Shown in pieces: positions 37,092-53,050 of a DNA stretch of 64,000 nucleotides. Below the pieces are notes generated by a model. That model did not search any database and was not told where the DNA came from. It saw only the letters and a list, made by a program, of their open reading frames with translations. Origin of the DNA: the human T2T-CHM13v2.0 reference genome, Homo sapiens; NCBI RefSeq assembly GCF_009914755.1, contig NC_060925.1; one strand, 5' to 3'. The first letter of the stretch is position 1. Each line of letters begins with the position of its first letter. Position numbers and translations under genes: made by a program.

Positions 37092-39076
37092 TAGTGCCAA
37101 TCATAATCCCCAAAGACACAGTCCTGAATGTCATAATCTGGAATGTTGAAATCCAAAAGATCAAAATCACAAAAGTTCAAAATTCCTAAAGTCTAAAATT
37201 CCAAAAATCAAAATCCTCAACATTAAAATCCCTAATGTTGAAATCCTGAAAGTTGAAGACACCTGGAGAAGGGATTAGTGTGTCTTCAGTTGCATGCAGG
37301 ATAATTGCATCACGTTAGTTACATCACATTACAGTGGAACTACTGCTTTGTTACTGTCTTTATTTGGAAATTATAGATGGTGTGAGGGGATGCTTATGGG
37401 TGCCAAATTGATGAGGGGTAGACTCGACTTAATTTTAGGTGTCAATTTGACTGGTATAAGGAATACCTAGGAACCTGGTAAAGCATTACTTTGGGTGTGT
37501 CTACCAGGGTGTTTCCAAAGGAGATTAGAATGTAACCCTGAGTGGACTACTAGCTGGAGAAGATCTGCCCTCAATGTTAGCAGGGAGTATCCAATCTCTC
37601 AGGGCCTGGAGAGAACCAATACAGAAGAAAAATTGGTTGCTCTCTGAGAGCTGGTACAGACTTTTCTTCTGTTGCCTTGGACATTAGAATTCCAGGGCAC
37701 GCCAGCTTTTGGACTCCAGGACTTACACCAGTACCCCCTATGTCCTGTGGCTTTCAGCCTCAGACTGAGTTACATCATTGGCTTCCATGGTCCTGAGGCC
37801 TTTGTACTTGGACAGAGCCAAGCTACTGGCATCCCAGGGTCTCCAGTTTGCAGATGGCCTATTGTGATAATTCTCAGCCACCATAATCATGTGAGCCAAT
37901 TCTCTTAGTAAGTCCTCTCTCATATATCTGTATATAACCTTATGGTTCTGTCCCTCTGAAGAATCCTGACTAACACAAATTTGGTATGGGAAAGCTGAGT
38001 ATCATTCTTTCATACTGTATTCCTTACAACACAATGAAAGAGATCTGTGAAATTGTTCTCCCACCAAAAAGTTGTGATAAGTTAAGTGAATGAGGCTACT
38101 GAATAGTGAAAGAGAAAAGTTTAAAAGTTAATTACTACTGATACTGTGAAAGCAGAAAATCACTTAATTGCAACAGTTGAGCAATAATGAGGCTTTCGAA
38201 TAGACAACATATGTTTATAAAATGTGTAGACAACAACCACTCTTTAAATACGAGTGCAGCAGGTGTTTCAAAGATTACAGAAGTGAAAATGCAGGTTGAA
38301 AGTCCAAGAAATCTGTCCTTCCAAATTATGCAATAATGTGTGACTTCTACCCCTTCACACATAGCACCAATTTGCTGCGCTATGTATTTCAGCTTCATAT
38401 CATTCCAGACTGGAAGTATAAATTATGAAAAGACTTTTAGAAAGTTCTAATTCATTTTACGCATTTTTTTGCAAATTTGACTCCATGAAAGTGCATTGTC
38501 ACAATGCTGACAGTGTGTGCAGGCACTGTGTGTATATGTTAAAACATTGAACTTTCCCAGTAAATGAAGAGATGTCCTTTTTGTACATTCGCATTTGTGA
38601 AAGATAAAATTTCTACAGATCTCAGCTCTTTGGAAAAGATTATATGGCTATGTGCATATGTAGTAGTGACTCACTGCAGCTTTTGTATTGATCTTGTCAA
38701 AAGACTTATGTTCTCTATTACAGTATTTCAGATGGGTGCAGTTATAAAGCTGGGTATAGACAATTACCAACCATAGGTGACATAAGTTTTTATATATTTC
38801 ACTTTTTGACCTATTTATTTATGAATATTGTTCATCTGCTTATAACTGATATGCAACTGTCACTAGAATATTTGAGTGTTTATGCTTGCAAAAATATGTA
38901 TGTTATCATTGCCTATTTTATTAAAGTAGCCTAGGAAGTGTTCTGTTGTGTTTTTTATGTTTCTCAAATACAGCTTATTTTAACAATGTAAATAAATCTT
39001 TTTTAAAAAAATTTTAAATTATTCTTTCCAGAATTATATTTTCGGATTTGATCTTATGAGATCATAGCCGAAATCC
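37092..39076 (+). mobile_element. Ricksha-type MULE/MuDR DNA transposon carrying an ERV-L 3' end + MLT2B LTR (~37260-37977)
   Basis: Subterminal AAAATCC(C)TAAAG repeats 37100-37255; decayed right end ttttcggatttgatctt...; FLYWCH-like pseudo-ORF from 38034; CATTAGT on both flanks (37085-37091, 39079-39085). Confidence 0.75.
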
Positions 39077-39133
39077 CTCATTAGTACTTCACAGGTAGGA
39101 CAGACACTTCCTCTGTGTAGAGAAGAGACTCTT

Positions 39134-39861
<728 letters not shown>

Positions 39862-40446
39862 GAGAAGAGATTCTTAAATATAATAATACATAACAACATT
39901 GTACTGAAAATCCTGAAGCTTAAGGATGCCCTGACTGACTGAAAAGTTGAAACAATTTTATTAAAAAATTATATGTGACTTCTTCAGTTAAACCTTGAGT
40001 GTGGTTTTGTATGACCTTTCTCTTGTACTGGAGTTCTGTAGCATATAGAGCAGAAAGCAAGCATATATTCTCATCCTTGAGAATACTGATGACTGAGACC
40101 TTAAGACCATCACCAACTGACCTGCTAACTACTGCCACAGATGCCAGATAGGTTGGTCTAATTATGTGGCAACTAGATACATACTAAGCTAGATCTTGGA
40201 GTGGGGTGAGTGGCGGGTGCTTCCAATTTCAGGTGGTTCTGGATTTTAAGAGTGAGATGAAGGGACCCACCTTCAGACTTCCTATAGGCAACTTAAGTGA
40301 CTATCTACATCTTTCAGTCTCTGAAATGTTCTTGAGAGGAATATTAATATAGTTCTTTATGACTTATTTGGTAAATTACTGGTTACTTGGAAGATACGAT
40401 ATAATTCCTCAAATAATGTCTCCTATGAACATTTCATCTGCACATC

Positions 40447-41009
40447 TGGGCAAAAAGAGTTAAGAGAGCAGGCTTGAGTTTGCCATCTTTAAAATGGCCT
40501 GCTTACAAGACTGGCTCTTGGCTGATGTCTGGGGAATTTGGATTTGGGGACAGTTCCCAGCATTTCCAAAACTGGCAAGAGTGGTTCATTGTGCCTCAAC
40601 TGTTTGTGCAAACAATATAGTTTATGCTAAACACTTGTTTTCCCTCTGAGAGTTTGGAATTTTGCTACATGATAGCCAGAGGGTAGCTATGTGATCAACC
40701 CCCAGTAAAAATCATGAATACTGAGTCTGTAATGAGCTTTCCTGGTAGATAATATTTAACATGTTATAGCTCACTTCCGAGTTGAGGGTATTAAGCGCAT
40801 ACTGTGTGACTCCACCGGGAAAGGACTCTGGGACACCGCACCGGGTTTCCGCGGGACTTCACACCATGTGCCTTTTGCCTTTGCTGATGCTCTGTATGCT
40901 TTCACTGTAATGAATCTTACTCATGGGTAAGATTCATTCATATGCTGAGTCATGTGAGTCTTACTAGTCAATAATTGAACCTGGGAGTGACTTGGGGACC
41001 CTCAACACA
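40447..41009 (+). mobile_element. MER68-like ERVL solo LTR
   Basis: aaaagagttaagagagcaggcttgag...cttggggaccctcaacaca. Confidence 0.75.
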
Positions 41010-42765
41010 GTGTCCTAAGGTATCTCCATGAGAAACTTGGGGAGAAGGAGAAATGTAACTGCCTTGTTATCCTTCTCTTTGTGCAGTAGTAGCAGTAGTA
41101 CAATAAATACAACCATCACCATTTCTTAAGCACCTTCTATGTGTCAGCTTCATCCAAGGCAGTTCTTATTTTCTACCCCTGACAATAAACACGGTTAAAA
41201 GGCATTTACCCTAAGTGGAAGTAGAATTAGAAATCCAGGATCAGAATTCAAATATATCTTACCTCAAAACCCATGTACTTTCTAAAATAACACATTCATT
41301 CCTTCTCCTTCTTATGTAACAACTATTTAATGAAAAGCACCTCATTTTTATATGGCAGTTTGTTTAATTTTCAATATTCAAACTGAAACAGAACTACTAT
41401 TCTGTTGAAATTCTTAACTGTTCTGTGTTCTATATATACACCGACTAGCCAATATGGGAAATTAGTGACTACAAAAAGAAAGAAATCCAGTCAGTGTGTA
41501 CTTCATGCTTTTTGCACAGGACAAAAGGGATAATTCTGAGTTTCGAAACCTTAGGATTAGATGAGATATTAAATGTAAAATAATTAGCACATGGCATGAA
41601 CAGATGCTTAATAAGTATTAGTCCCAATTTTCTTATGGGTTACAAATTATTTTGGCAATTAAATCAATGCCTTAACATCCTTGTCCCCATTCCCCTATGT
41701 ACTGTTTTAGATTTACCTACTAAAACTAGATGAGCACAAAGTGGTCTTGACAAATACATGTAGAACTCAACTGATCCTAGTTGCTACCAGATTGACAAGT
41801 ATTTCAATCCAAGACTTATTCACTAAATTTCTGCCATATGCCAGGAATGTGTCAGATAATCAGGAAACAAAGGTGAACCCCCATTTACAATCTAGTGTCC
41901 GCAGTCCAGTGGAAGAAATGCAGGTTAGTTATAGGTGACATGGAGAAGGGAAATTGAAACCAACTAAATTGCCTTATTCGGAACATGCATATTCTTTCAG
42001 TTTCATCTATGCTATTCTAACTAGAAACTTAATGAAAATAAGTTACTATTGCACATATTTTCATGTTGGACTTCTCCTGTAAGTATATCTATTGATACCA
42101 GTGAGAAAAAAATAACTGATACTTTAACAATAAAGAGCCTCTGATAATTCTGTTATGGGCAACAAAATATTTGTTTTAAAAAGCTGACTTAAAAAAATCA
42201 GTGTAACTGATTGAACTTCAAGTGGCATGTATCACATTACGAAGACTTTACACTATACTACTTCCTAAAATATAACATTCTAATCCAGGCTAATAACTAT
42301 TTGTAATTTTTTTCTCATATTATTAAAATGAGAATAATTTTAAGGATATTTCATTTCTGTCAGCAGTACATGGAAGCCCCTCAACCCCCGACAATTTCTC
42401 CACCACAGAAGTTTTATGGAATTTGGCAGCCATGCATGTATGCTATAAGAATTTATTTCATTATGTTTTCCCCTCAGGCCATTGTGTTTCTTTGAAATTG
42501 GTATTTTTGAAACAGTTTATTCCTTTTTTCCCTGCATCCATCACTTTCTGTACTGTTAAGATATCAATTACTCCATGAAGTCTCATGCATATCTCCTGAT
42601 GAAAACAATCAACTTATTCTTACTTTGTAAGGGATAGATCAAGTCTCAACTTTTTTCAAGAAGGCTTCTTGACTATTTTAAACCACTATAAGCTCTCATT
42701 ACCCTTATCCTCTTTAGTAACTAAATTATTTACCATGAACTTTTTGGTAACTAAAGAAACCATTA

Positions 42766-43204
<439 letters not shown>

Positions 43205-43220
43205 CTATATTTTTGAATGA

Positions 43221-43435
<215 letters not shown>

Positions 43436-46400
43436 AGATGTACAACATTAAAAAATACAAAGAATTGCCAATTACTTAATCTTTTTGAGGTTTTCTGAAA
43501 CTTTTGCTTAACATTCTTTCCTGACATACTTTTGACAATTTTTCATCTTTTCAGTATCGGTTATCATGACATATTGGTATCTTCTACTATACTATGAAAG
43601 CAATCTGGTCTCACAGTCCTTACTCTTACCCGTTTTGTTATATTATTCTAAGATATTTTGTTTCCAAAATCATAGTTAGACATGATTGTCACTTTTTCAT
43701 TCAACAAATATTTATTGAACAACTGATAAGTGAAAGAGTCTTGTGCTAGGCAGTATGAGGAATATAAATAGGAAGGGAAACACAGATTCTTCCCTAAGAC
43801 ATTTATAATCAAAGAGCCTAGGGATATAAATATCTAATACACAGGAAGAAAGTGCTAAAAATTACAAAAGACTACATTTTATCAAATTTAACAAGAGATA
43901 AAGTTTATTTTCAGCTTGGATATTTAGGGAAGATACAAGGAATAGATAAAATTTGGATATATATACAGAGATGGAAGTCTAGGGCATTTCAAAAGAGAAC
44001 TGAAATCAAGTTGATCCAAATCATTAATCTTTGAACAAATGTTTATTGAATATATATTATGTGCCAGGTACTGTATATAAGATATAGTCCTTGAGTTTAT
44101 GGAGATTTTACTCTATTTCCTAAATATCTTTTATAACTTTCCCCTTCATTGCTGCCCAAGTTGAAGCATTTCGCTGTCATTTCTCCTTAATATTACTGCA
44201 ATAACTTTGTTATTGGTCTCCCTTTATCTCCAATTCATCTTTTATCTTGCAGCTGCAAGATATTTCTAACTGGCAATATGACTGTTTCAAAATATTACTA
44301 TAAATTCAATGATCTCCTTACGCTACAGGATACAATGTTAATGACTGTAGATGGCATATATACAGGGTTCCTCATTATTTCATCATTGTCTACTCCTTGT
44401 TCAGACCCTTTCTTTCCTCCCTCCTCCCTTTTACTGTATGATCCAGTGGTATAAAACTAACTGTTATTCAGTATATATTGGTTCTCTCATGATTCTCAGC
44501 CTCTGTACATGTTCTGTTACCTAGAGTGATGCCTAAGGCCTTCTTACATTTTTAGGAAAACTCCTCCACATTATTCAAGGTCCTGCTCAAGAGCTGACTC
44601 TTCTTCAAAGCCCTCCCCTGGTTATCCCACAAAAAAAATGCTGTGCTCTTTTATTATAGCCATAAAATATTGTATCATAATGGATTTTTACTTGTCTCTC
44701 ACGAACACATAAAAAGCAAGAATTTTTTTTAACTATTTATCTGTAACACCTAACGGTTATGTCTGACAAACAATTGGTATCCAAACAATATTTGTGGAAT
44801 AGTGACAGACTCAAAAAGCCAGTGGATTAAGGTTGTAAAGAATGGATGCAAAACATATTACGGATGTAGAATTTATAAAAGTAACTCACTGAAAGTAAGT
44901 ACAAAGGAAAAGAGGGAATATAAGAAAAAAATACTGAGCTTTCATCACCTGGTAACTGGAGAGTGTGGTACCAATTACAGAAAATACTAAGAGGAGGGGG
45001 TGAATTGAATTTTAGAAGAAAGGTGATAAGTGTGGGTTTGAACCCAGTAAGTATTAGGCTTGAAAACCTGAAAACAGCCTCAAACAATGGCATAAATAAG
45101 TTTTAACTTTACTAAAAACTACAGATCAGGGGAAGTGTTCAGATTTAACTTCATCTGTCATTGATTTCACAAACAGAAGTTCCCCTTCATGATTTAGTTT
45201 TTGCTTCACGAATCATGGCGCTTAAAGGACTTAAGGTCCAGAAGGGAAAAGACATATTCAAATAAAAAATGGCAAGAAGTGGTAATAGAAACATGTATAA
45301 AATACAGAGGATACTTGATGTGAAGTATAGAAGTGATACTGGCATTGACTTGTAGAAAAAAAAGTATTTGTAAACTCAAGAAGTTGGGTGGGACATTACA
45401 GGCAACTAGTAGAAGCCAGGTGAGCTGTGACTCATTGTGCCTTACCTACCTCCAGCTATCATGAACTGCTTACAGTACAGTTCTGCAAACGCTCCAGGTC
45501 ATTTCATGCCTTCATGTTTTATTCTCATGCTGTTGTTCCCATTGAAATGTCCTTCCTTATTCCAACTGCTTCACAAGAATCTGTCGCATTTTCAGACTTA
45601 GATTAAGCACACTAATGTCCTCTGAATATACAGACAGTAGCAAATAAATTTTAAAAATTACCTTTCATTTCTTAATTTATCATAGTTCAACATACACATA
45701 GTGTCAATGTACAAAAATAAGGCATGTGGTCACTGCTGTAGAAGAGCTTTCTGTATGGATAGTTCAAGTAAAAAAGTTACTGTGATATCAAACAATGAAT
45801 GCTAAGAACCATAATAGTGTAGATGAAAGTGCTGAAAAGGCTAAAGTAGGAAGAAACGGAATCTAACTGGGCGTGGAGATTAGAAAAGACTTCATGGTTG
45901 AGCAGGTAATTTAAGATGGATCTTGAAAGTTGATGCTTGGTGGACAATGAGGGTGGGAAAGCGAAGGTCTTTAGAGGTGACAGAAACAGCCTGAAACAAA
46001 GGCATAAATAAGTGAGTGATGTTTAATGAATATTGAGTGGCCAGATCATAGGGAGTAAGTTGGAAAGTGTAGGAATAACAACTGTAAAGGTAGGTGAGGA
46101 ATATATTGTGGGTGATCTTAAAAGTCAGAATAAAAATTTTTTACAATTTATATTCTTAAAGCCTCTACAGACTCATTTTCCCCCTTATAATCTACTATGT
46201 CCCATTCCCCTAGCATTTTTTGGAGGCATTTATATCATCTTGGTCTTTTCTGATTTTAGTGACAGCAAATTGATTTTATCAACATACCAGAAAAACATAG
46301 ATTCCAAAACTCATTAATCAGAAAAGTGCTGAGCATAACAACCTTGTATCTCAGCTGTTACTATTTTTCCATTTTTAACTGAAAATGAAAAGGTTATATA

Positions 46401-47137
46401 CTTACAAAAAGTTTTCTACAAAACACAAAGGTGGCTATATTTGTGGTTAAAATAAAATCCAGATTTCAATCAATTATTTTTCTTACAGTCAAAAGTAGAG
46501 CATTCATATATTTGTGGTCAAAAAATGCAATGCTGCTCCCCTCATCGGGCTGCTTAGTACAATTAATGAAAAAAGAGACATTTCATAAACAGAAGATAGA
46601 GTCCAAATTCAAAATATCTCAACCTGATAGGAAATATAAGTTTAATGACATTCTCTGATAACTTTTTCAAAATAATAAAATGAAAAGTCACTAAAACTTA
46701 AAATGTAGAAATGCTTTGATCTGTAAAGCAAGACTTCAAAAAACATGTAAAGTGTTCAGAAAAATGTTTCTAGTGAACATGCGCACATAAAGAACAGATT
46801 TCACTCCTCTTGAAAATATTTTCTGGTAAGATTCTTAAGTGTTTGTTAAGGAAAAAAAATGATACATTCCATAAAAGTATTTTAGACATACATGTGGTGT
46901 ACATGTAAATGCAAATTAATTCATTATGTTCACACTACACAAAATAAATATGTGAGAGCAACACAATTTGTCTGCTAATTTGAATCTGTTTTCTGATTTG
47001 AGAGTAAGAGTTGAAGAAATCATCACATTTGTGTTTAATGTTTCTTAATGATAAAAGACAAATTAGGCAGAATCACATATGGTAGATTCATTTAACAAAA
47101 TCTTGTACATCTCAAATAAAGTATAACCTTCCAGGAC

Positions 47138-47352
47138 AGGAAAGGGCAAACTACAGCCCGTAGGCTACCTCCTGCCAGCTGTCTGTTTTTGTAAATAAAG
47201 TTACTGGGAACAGAGCCAGGCTCAATCATTTATGTATTCTCGATGGCTGCTTTCATACTACAACAGTTGAGCAGCTATGATAAAGACCGTATGGCCTGAA
47301 AGTCTAAAATATATACTCCCTGGCCCTTTATAAAAAAGTTTCCTGACCACTA
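47138..47352 (+). mobile_element. MER58A-like DNA transposon
   Basis: ggcaaactacagcccgtagg...tggccctttataaaaaagtttcctgacc. Confidence 0.75.
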
Positions 47353-48964
47353 TTCTATAATGTTTGTAACTTTTAAGTTTTAAAATTTAGTATATTGATT
47401 ACATAGTCCTTAATATTTTTTTAGAAAAATCAGAACCACAATGATTTTTCACTATTTTTACTCTCAGATTATAATTCAGCCATCACCTTCTCTAAGAGTG
47501 GTATTGTCAACAGGTGGCCCAAAGCAATGCCTTTACCTTTGCCCCTTCCATTATTTCCATCAGTCCTTCCCATTCTTTAATACCAACAAGCAATGTATTC
47601 TCCATTTGATATATCCTGACCATAAAAGTATCATTAGAACCCTTTGCTATTTTTACTGATTTGTAAATAAAAATAAGACAGAGCACTACTAATAAATGCA
47701 AACAGTATAGTTTTTATGCAAACTAGCTTCAGGGGAAGTCCCTTGACAGCCTCTTCCAACCAAAATGCCACCCCTCGACCCCTTCTATATAGAAAGTTAG
47801 AGCTGCCATTTCCTCGAAAGTTGTGATTAACACTTTATAATATCCCTACCTAAGAGAATAGTAACATGTTTTTAGCAAAATAAAGCCAGAGTTTCTCTAT
47901 CAACACCTATGTCCTTATGATAGCTGCCAAAACAATTTTTACTTCTTTTTCTTAGAGTATCTTATGAAAGAGGACTAATGTTTTGGCAAAATTATGTGTA
48001 TAATTCTTTTCTCATTTTCTAGATCGTATACTACTTAAAGATCAAGTCTTACTTTACTGTTATCTCTAGCACACATTAAGTGTTCAGTAAGTGTCTTCTG
48101 AATGCTAGAATAAATAAATGAGAAAAATACTAGTTTTTAACTGTATCTTTCTTTTGTTTGGCTATAAAAATCACAGTATCCTTCTAAAGCACAGAAACAT
48201 AAGTACACGATGAAGAAAAACATGAGACACACATATTTGTAGACAATGAATTTACTTCAAGTCACAGAATAATGTTTAACCCTATTAGGATTCTAAATAT
48301 TAATGTCACAGGCACATATACAGAATTACATTGAATGTGATTTTTAAAAAATAATCATTAGGAGTAAATCCTTAAAAATCAGAGGTTATTAAAAAATATT
48401 ATTTCTATCAATTCTAAAACAAGTAAGGTGATCAAGTTTACATTTCCTTAGTCTGAAGGCTAATGGGCTAATTGCCTCTGGGCAGTAAGCATGTTAAATA
48501 CTCACATCTGAAAAAGACTGATGCTATTGGAAAAGCAAAGTTCCATTTTAATATCTCTTTTATTTTTATTATTTTGAAGAAGTAATTTATTGTTTTTACA
48601 ATTTGGGCAATCTGAAAAATTTTATTAGACTAAGAAGGGTACTCTCTTGTTTATTACTCTTTAATATGGCACGTATAATAACTAGCTTGTTTTCTACACC
48701 AGTACATGAATGCTAGGTCTAATTCTTTTTCAGTTTCAAAAATGATAAATATCAAATACATGATCCTAAGACATAATAATTTTACATGTCCGTGGTTTTT
48801 CAGAATAGCTTCTCAAACCATAATATGGTACATGTGGCCCCATGACCTCTAACTTCATGCAGTAATAACAGGATTATACTTATTCATTAGAAAGACAATT
48901 GAAAATCTTCAGCTAATTGCTAAGAGGAAGCAGGATGATGGGGAGAAGTTAAAGATATCTCCTT

Positions 48965-49155
48965 ATCAGTCCCAGCTCTGCTGCTATATGACCTGACTTT
49001 GGACAAGTTTCTTGACTTCTCTGAAACATAAGTTTCCTTTTGTATAAAATAGGAATAATAATCATTATTTTCCAGGGTGTCTATGAGGATTAAATAATAT
49101 AATATATGCAAAGTATCTGGCATATTATCAGTTCTCAATAAATGGTAGCTATTTT
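48965..49155 (+). mobile_element. MIR SINE
   Basis: cccagctctgc...tggacaagtttcttgacttctctg...tgaggattaaat...ctcaataaatggtagctatt. Confidence 0.75.
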
Positions 49156-49506
49156 TTTATCATATTCAGGTAAACATCCTCCTGATGATGAAATGTATCA
49201 TGGATATACATTTCATATAAATTTCCATTGCCTGAGAAAAATTACTACCCCCTATTACATAGAAGGTATACAACAGCTTTATTGCTGTTTTATAGATACG
49301 AGTAGCCTAAAAACAGGAGGGGTCGATGACATTCTTTAAGATAAAGGCACTGAAACTGCAAAGGCCCTAGCTAGGCATAGTTGTAGAGTTATACTACAGT
49401 TCTTCCTGCATGGCTGAATGGTACCACCAGTATCTGGGTCTTTCCCTCAAGGAAATATGACTTCTTATGATTTAGGTAGGTCCCACTAAAACTAGCAGTC
49501 TCCTAT

Positions 49507-50207
49507 TGATACGGAAGTGCAGGGTAGGGAAGGGCTGGGTAACTGGTGAGGGCTCCACCCTCAGGCCTGTGCCTAGGATGGCCCACCATGCTCCCCATCC
49601 TGTGCCGCTATAAGCCGGATACAGACACAGACACAAATGGGTGGATGATAAGAGAAGCAGAATAACACAACAACAGACACCAGCAGGCCATCTACGGGGA
49701 GACCACATGGAATTCAGTTGGTGTAGTTGGGAGAAAAGTCCAGCCACTGGGTGGCCTGACTCCAGGGGAAGACCACCTTCCCATTCCATCCCCTTTTGGC
49801 TCCCCATCTGGCTTGCTGAGAACAACCTCCATCACTCAGTAAAACCTTGCACCCATCCTCCAAGCCCACATGTGATCTGATTTTTCCAGGACACCAGGGC
49901 AAGAACCCGGGATACAGAAAGCCCTCTGTCTTTGCGATAAGGCAGAGCATCTAATTGAGCTGATTAACACAAGCCGCCTGCAGACGGCAAAGCTGAAAGA
50001 GCACACTGTAACACATGCCCACTGGGGCTTTGGGAGCTGTAAACACTCAACCCTAGATGCTGCCGTGGGATTGGAGCCCCAAAATGCTACGCACTACCTG
50101 CCTGTCTGCATGCTTCCCCTAGGGGTTTGACAGCGGGACACCAAAGAAATGAGCCACACCCCTATTGCACACCCTGCAGGGGGGATAAGGGAAGTTTTCC
50201 CATTTCA
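49507..50207 (+). mobile_element. LTR1-family (ERV1) solo LTR
   Basis: TG...CA termini (tgatacggaagtgc...cccatttca); 4-bp TSD ctat/ttat. Confidence 0.8.
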
Positions 50208-51474
50208 TTATTAATGAAAGAAAAAATTGGAAATAAAATAAAACCAACATGTATCAAGCTAATTTCATGGTAATTCTACCAGAGGGTAGCAAAACCAATC
50301 ACTGTATCAAATGAGGTTTTGTGCTGAGCACTTCTACGATATTTTTTTCTGGCTCTTTCAAAGTCTTTCCTATTTCTATCACAAATACATTAAGTTATAT
50401 TTTCATAATTCTCAGAGGCAAATAACATTTGACAATATTTTTAAAAGTAAATTGCCAGCTTGGCTTAAGATATTACAGAGCAAAATTTTATTTTACCCTT
50501 TTTCACATCTCTTAAACATTAATTCTCAAGGATGCACTTCAAGTTTAAAAACAGGACAAATTGATGATTACCTGATGCAGAAAAGAGAGACTTGGAACGG
50601 AAGATAAAAATTTTGGATTTGAAATCCAGGTCTGCTACTTACTCACTGTATGAATTTGGATACATTACATAACTTCAATAAATTTCAGTTTCCTCATTTA
50701 TAGAATGCAATATGAAAACTTATTTCATAAGAGTTGTTTAAAGACTAAATGAAATTAACAGGCCTTCAATAAATATATTTATTTCTTTTTATTTCCTCCA
50801 CTGACTCCACCTCTTTTTGCTTCTGAATGAATTCGTTATAACCCAGCTCAGAATCAGTCATGAGAGGGTTTATGATTATAAAGGTTTTGTAATGAGAAAC
50901 AGAGTATCTGATTTTGAGGATTATCCATGCCTTTCTCTTCTTCCTCTCTGCTCATCGGTCATTTATTATACATTAGCACACCAGACAGGAGGCAGAAAAA
51001 CAGAGAGGACACAGTAGATTTCTCATGAAATCTTACTTTGTTCACCAAAGTCTATAAGTAAAGGAATAATTGTGGTAAATCAAATAAGTTGGGTTATGTT
51101 TTAAGAGATGAAACAATGTGGCCAGACTACTGGACAATCATCTGAAAATCTTCACGTGGGGCAGAAATGTGGCAACTGAAACTTAATGTAATCAAGGAAA
51201 CTGTGAAAAAATAAATCCACATTTTACATATAAAATATGAGACCAGAAAATGACCCTAGAAGTCCCCACCGATTATTTGCCAAAGACATCCTCAGTTTCC
51301 TGTTACAGGTAAAAGGCTTGCTTGATTTAAGTATCATCAACAGTAAAGAAAACATAATAGGAGTCATTATCCTACTCATGAAGAAAGCTGTGAAGTCACT
51401 GCCTCTAAAATACTTTAGTTTTGTTTGCTCCAACATCAGAAAGACATAATGAAACTAGAAAACGGCCAGAGAAA

Positions 51475-51901
51475 CTTAGAACCAACCCAAATGCCCATCA
51501 ATGATAGACTGGATAAAGAAAATGTGACGCATATACACCACAGAATACTATGCAGCCATAAAAAAGAATGAGTTCATGTCGTACCATCATTCTCAGCAAA
51601 CTAACAGAGGAACAGAAAACCAAACACTGCATGTTCTCACACATAAGTGGGAGTTGAACAATGAGAACACATGGACACCACGAGGGGAACATCACACACC
51701 AGGGCCTGTCAGGGGATGGGGTGCAAGGGGAGGGAGAGCATGAGGACAAATACCTAATGCATGCAGGGTTTAAAACCGAGATGACGGGTTGATGGGTGCA
51801 GCAAACCACCATGGCACATGTATACCTATGTAACAAACCTGCGCATTTTGCACATGTATCCCAGAACTTAAAGTATAATTTAATAAATAAATAAATAAAA
51901 T
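51475..51901 (+). mobile_element. 5'-truncated L1PA7/8-like 3' end
   Basis: L1 3'UTR + (AAAT)n tail; TSD AAAA(C/G)GGCCAGAGAAA at 51459-51474 and 51902-51917. Confidence 0.88.
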
Positions 51902-52129
51902 AAAAGGGCCAGAGAAAAGAAGTCAAATTTGCAGGTGAGAGGAAGACTAGAAACATCAACATTCTTAGAAAGAAGTCATGGATTCTTAGAATTGGAATTA
52001 TCCTGAGACAGTCTATATGCCATTTCCTTGTGCTTCCAGAATATTCCTGATAAATCCTAAATAGTTTAGTTATCAAAGGCCTAATTGCACACTGGAGACT
52101 GACTAGGATCCTCCCCTGATTTGCAGCCT

Positions 52130-53050
52130 ACCTCCAATCTGTTATCTCAAATATCTTCCAAATATATCCACTTCTCTTTATCTCCACTGGTCTAAATCAT
52201 CTTTCTCATTCATATAGACTACTACAGAAGCATCCTCATTGGTTATCCTCTTCTACTTCTGCTCTTTACAGCCATGCTTCCCAATCCATTGCAATAAGAG
52301 TGATCTTAAACCTCAAACTAAATCATAACATTGGCTTACTTAGCATACCTTTAGCGATTGTTCATTGACCTTACATTCAAGTGCAAAGTAATAAACATGG
52401 TCCTAAATGATTGGCTCCTGCCTCCTTCACTAGTATCATCTCACATACCTTCTCCCTTTGCTCATCAAAGCTTATCCACACCAACTTTATTTCAGTTCCT
52501 CAAAAGAGCTACCATCACATATAACAATAACCTCCACCACAACAGCTAACATTTATCAAGTTTTTACTACATGACTGGCATTGTGATAAGTGCTTTATGT
52601 GCATTATCACTTTTAATCCTCATAAGAAAATCTATAAGGTAGTTATTTTCATCGTTTTACTGCTGAAAAAAAAACAAATATTTAGAAACATTAAGTATTT
52701 TTTCCATAGCAAGGTAGGTGGCAAAGATGGAAATTATGTTATATTGCATATTCCAGGGAAGTTTTTTCCCCACCCCTTCCCTGGCTAACTTATATCATTC
52801 TTTATGATTACTACTTATATGTCATTTCCTCAAAACAGCCTTCTCTCATCTATTGATCTAAAATTGGCACCCTTGTCATAGTCCCTTGTACTATTTTTTA
52901 TAGAATGCATCACAGTTTACATATTTCTTTCTGTGACTATTTAATATCTGTCAAACCTCCAATAGACTGTAAATTCCATGAAGGTAGGGACCATATGTTT
53001 AAAAATGTGCCTGCTATAATCAATAAATATCTGCCTAATAAATGATTGAA
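52130..53050 (+). mobile_element. L2 relic with nested MIR (~52540-52730)
   Basis: L2 3' motifs ending tagactgtaaattccatgaaggtagggacc...caataaatatc. Confidence 0.6.

Noticed and set aside
37100-37255. ~15-bp periodic AAAATCC(C)TAAAG array, superficially CRISPR- or satellite-like
   Set aside because: Degenerate with no unique spacers; explained as Ricksha subterminal repeats in a human intron.
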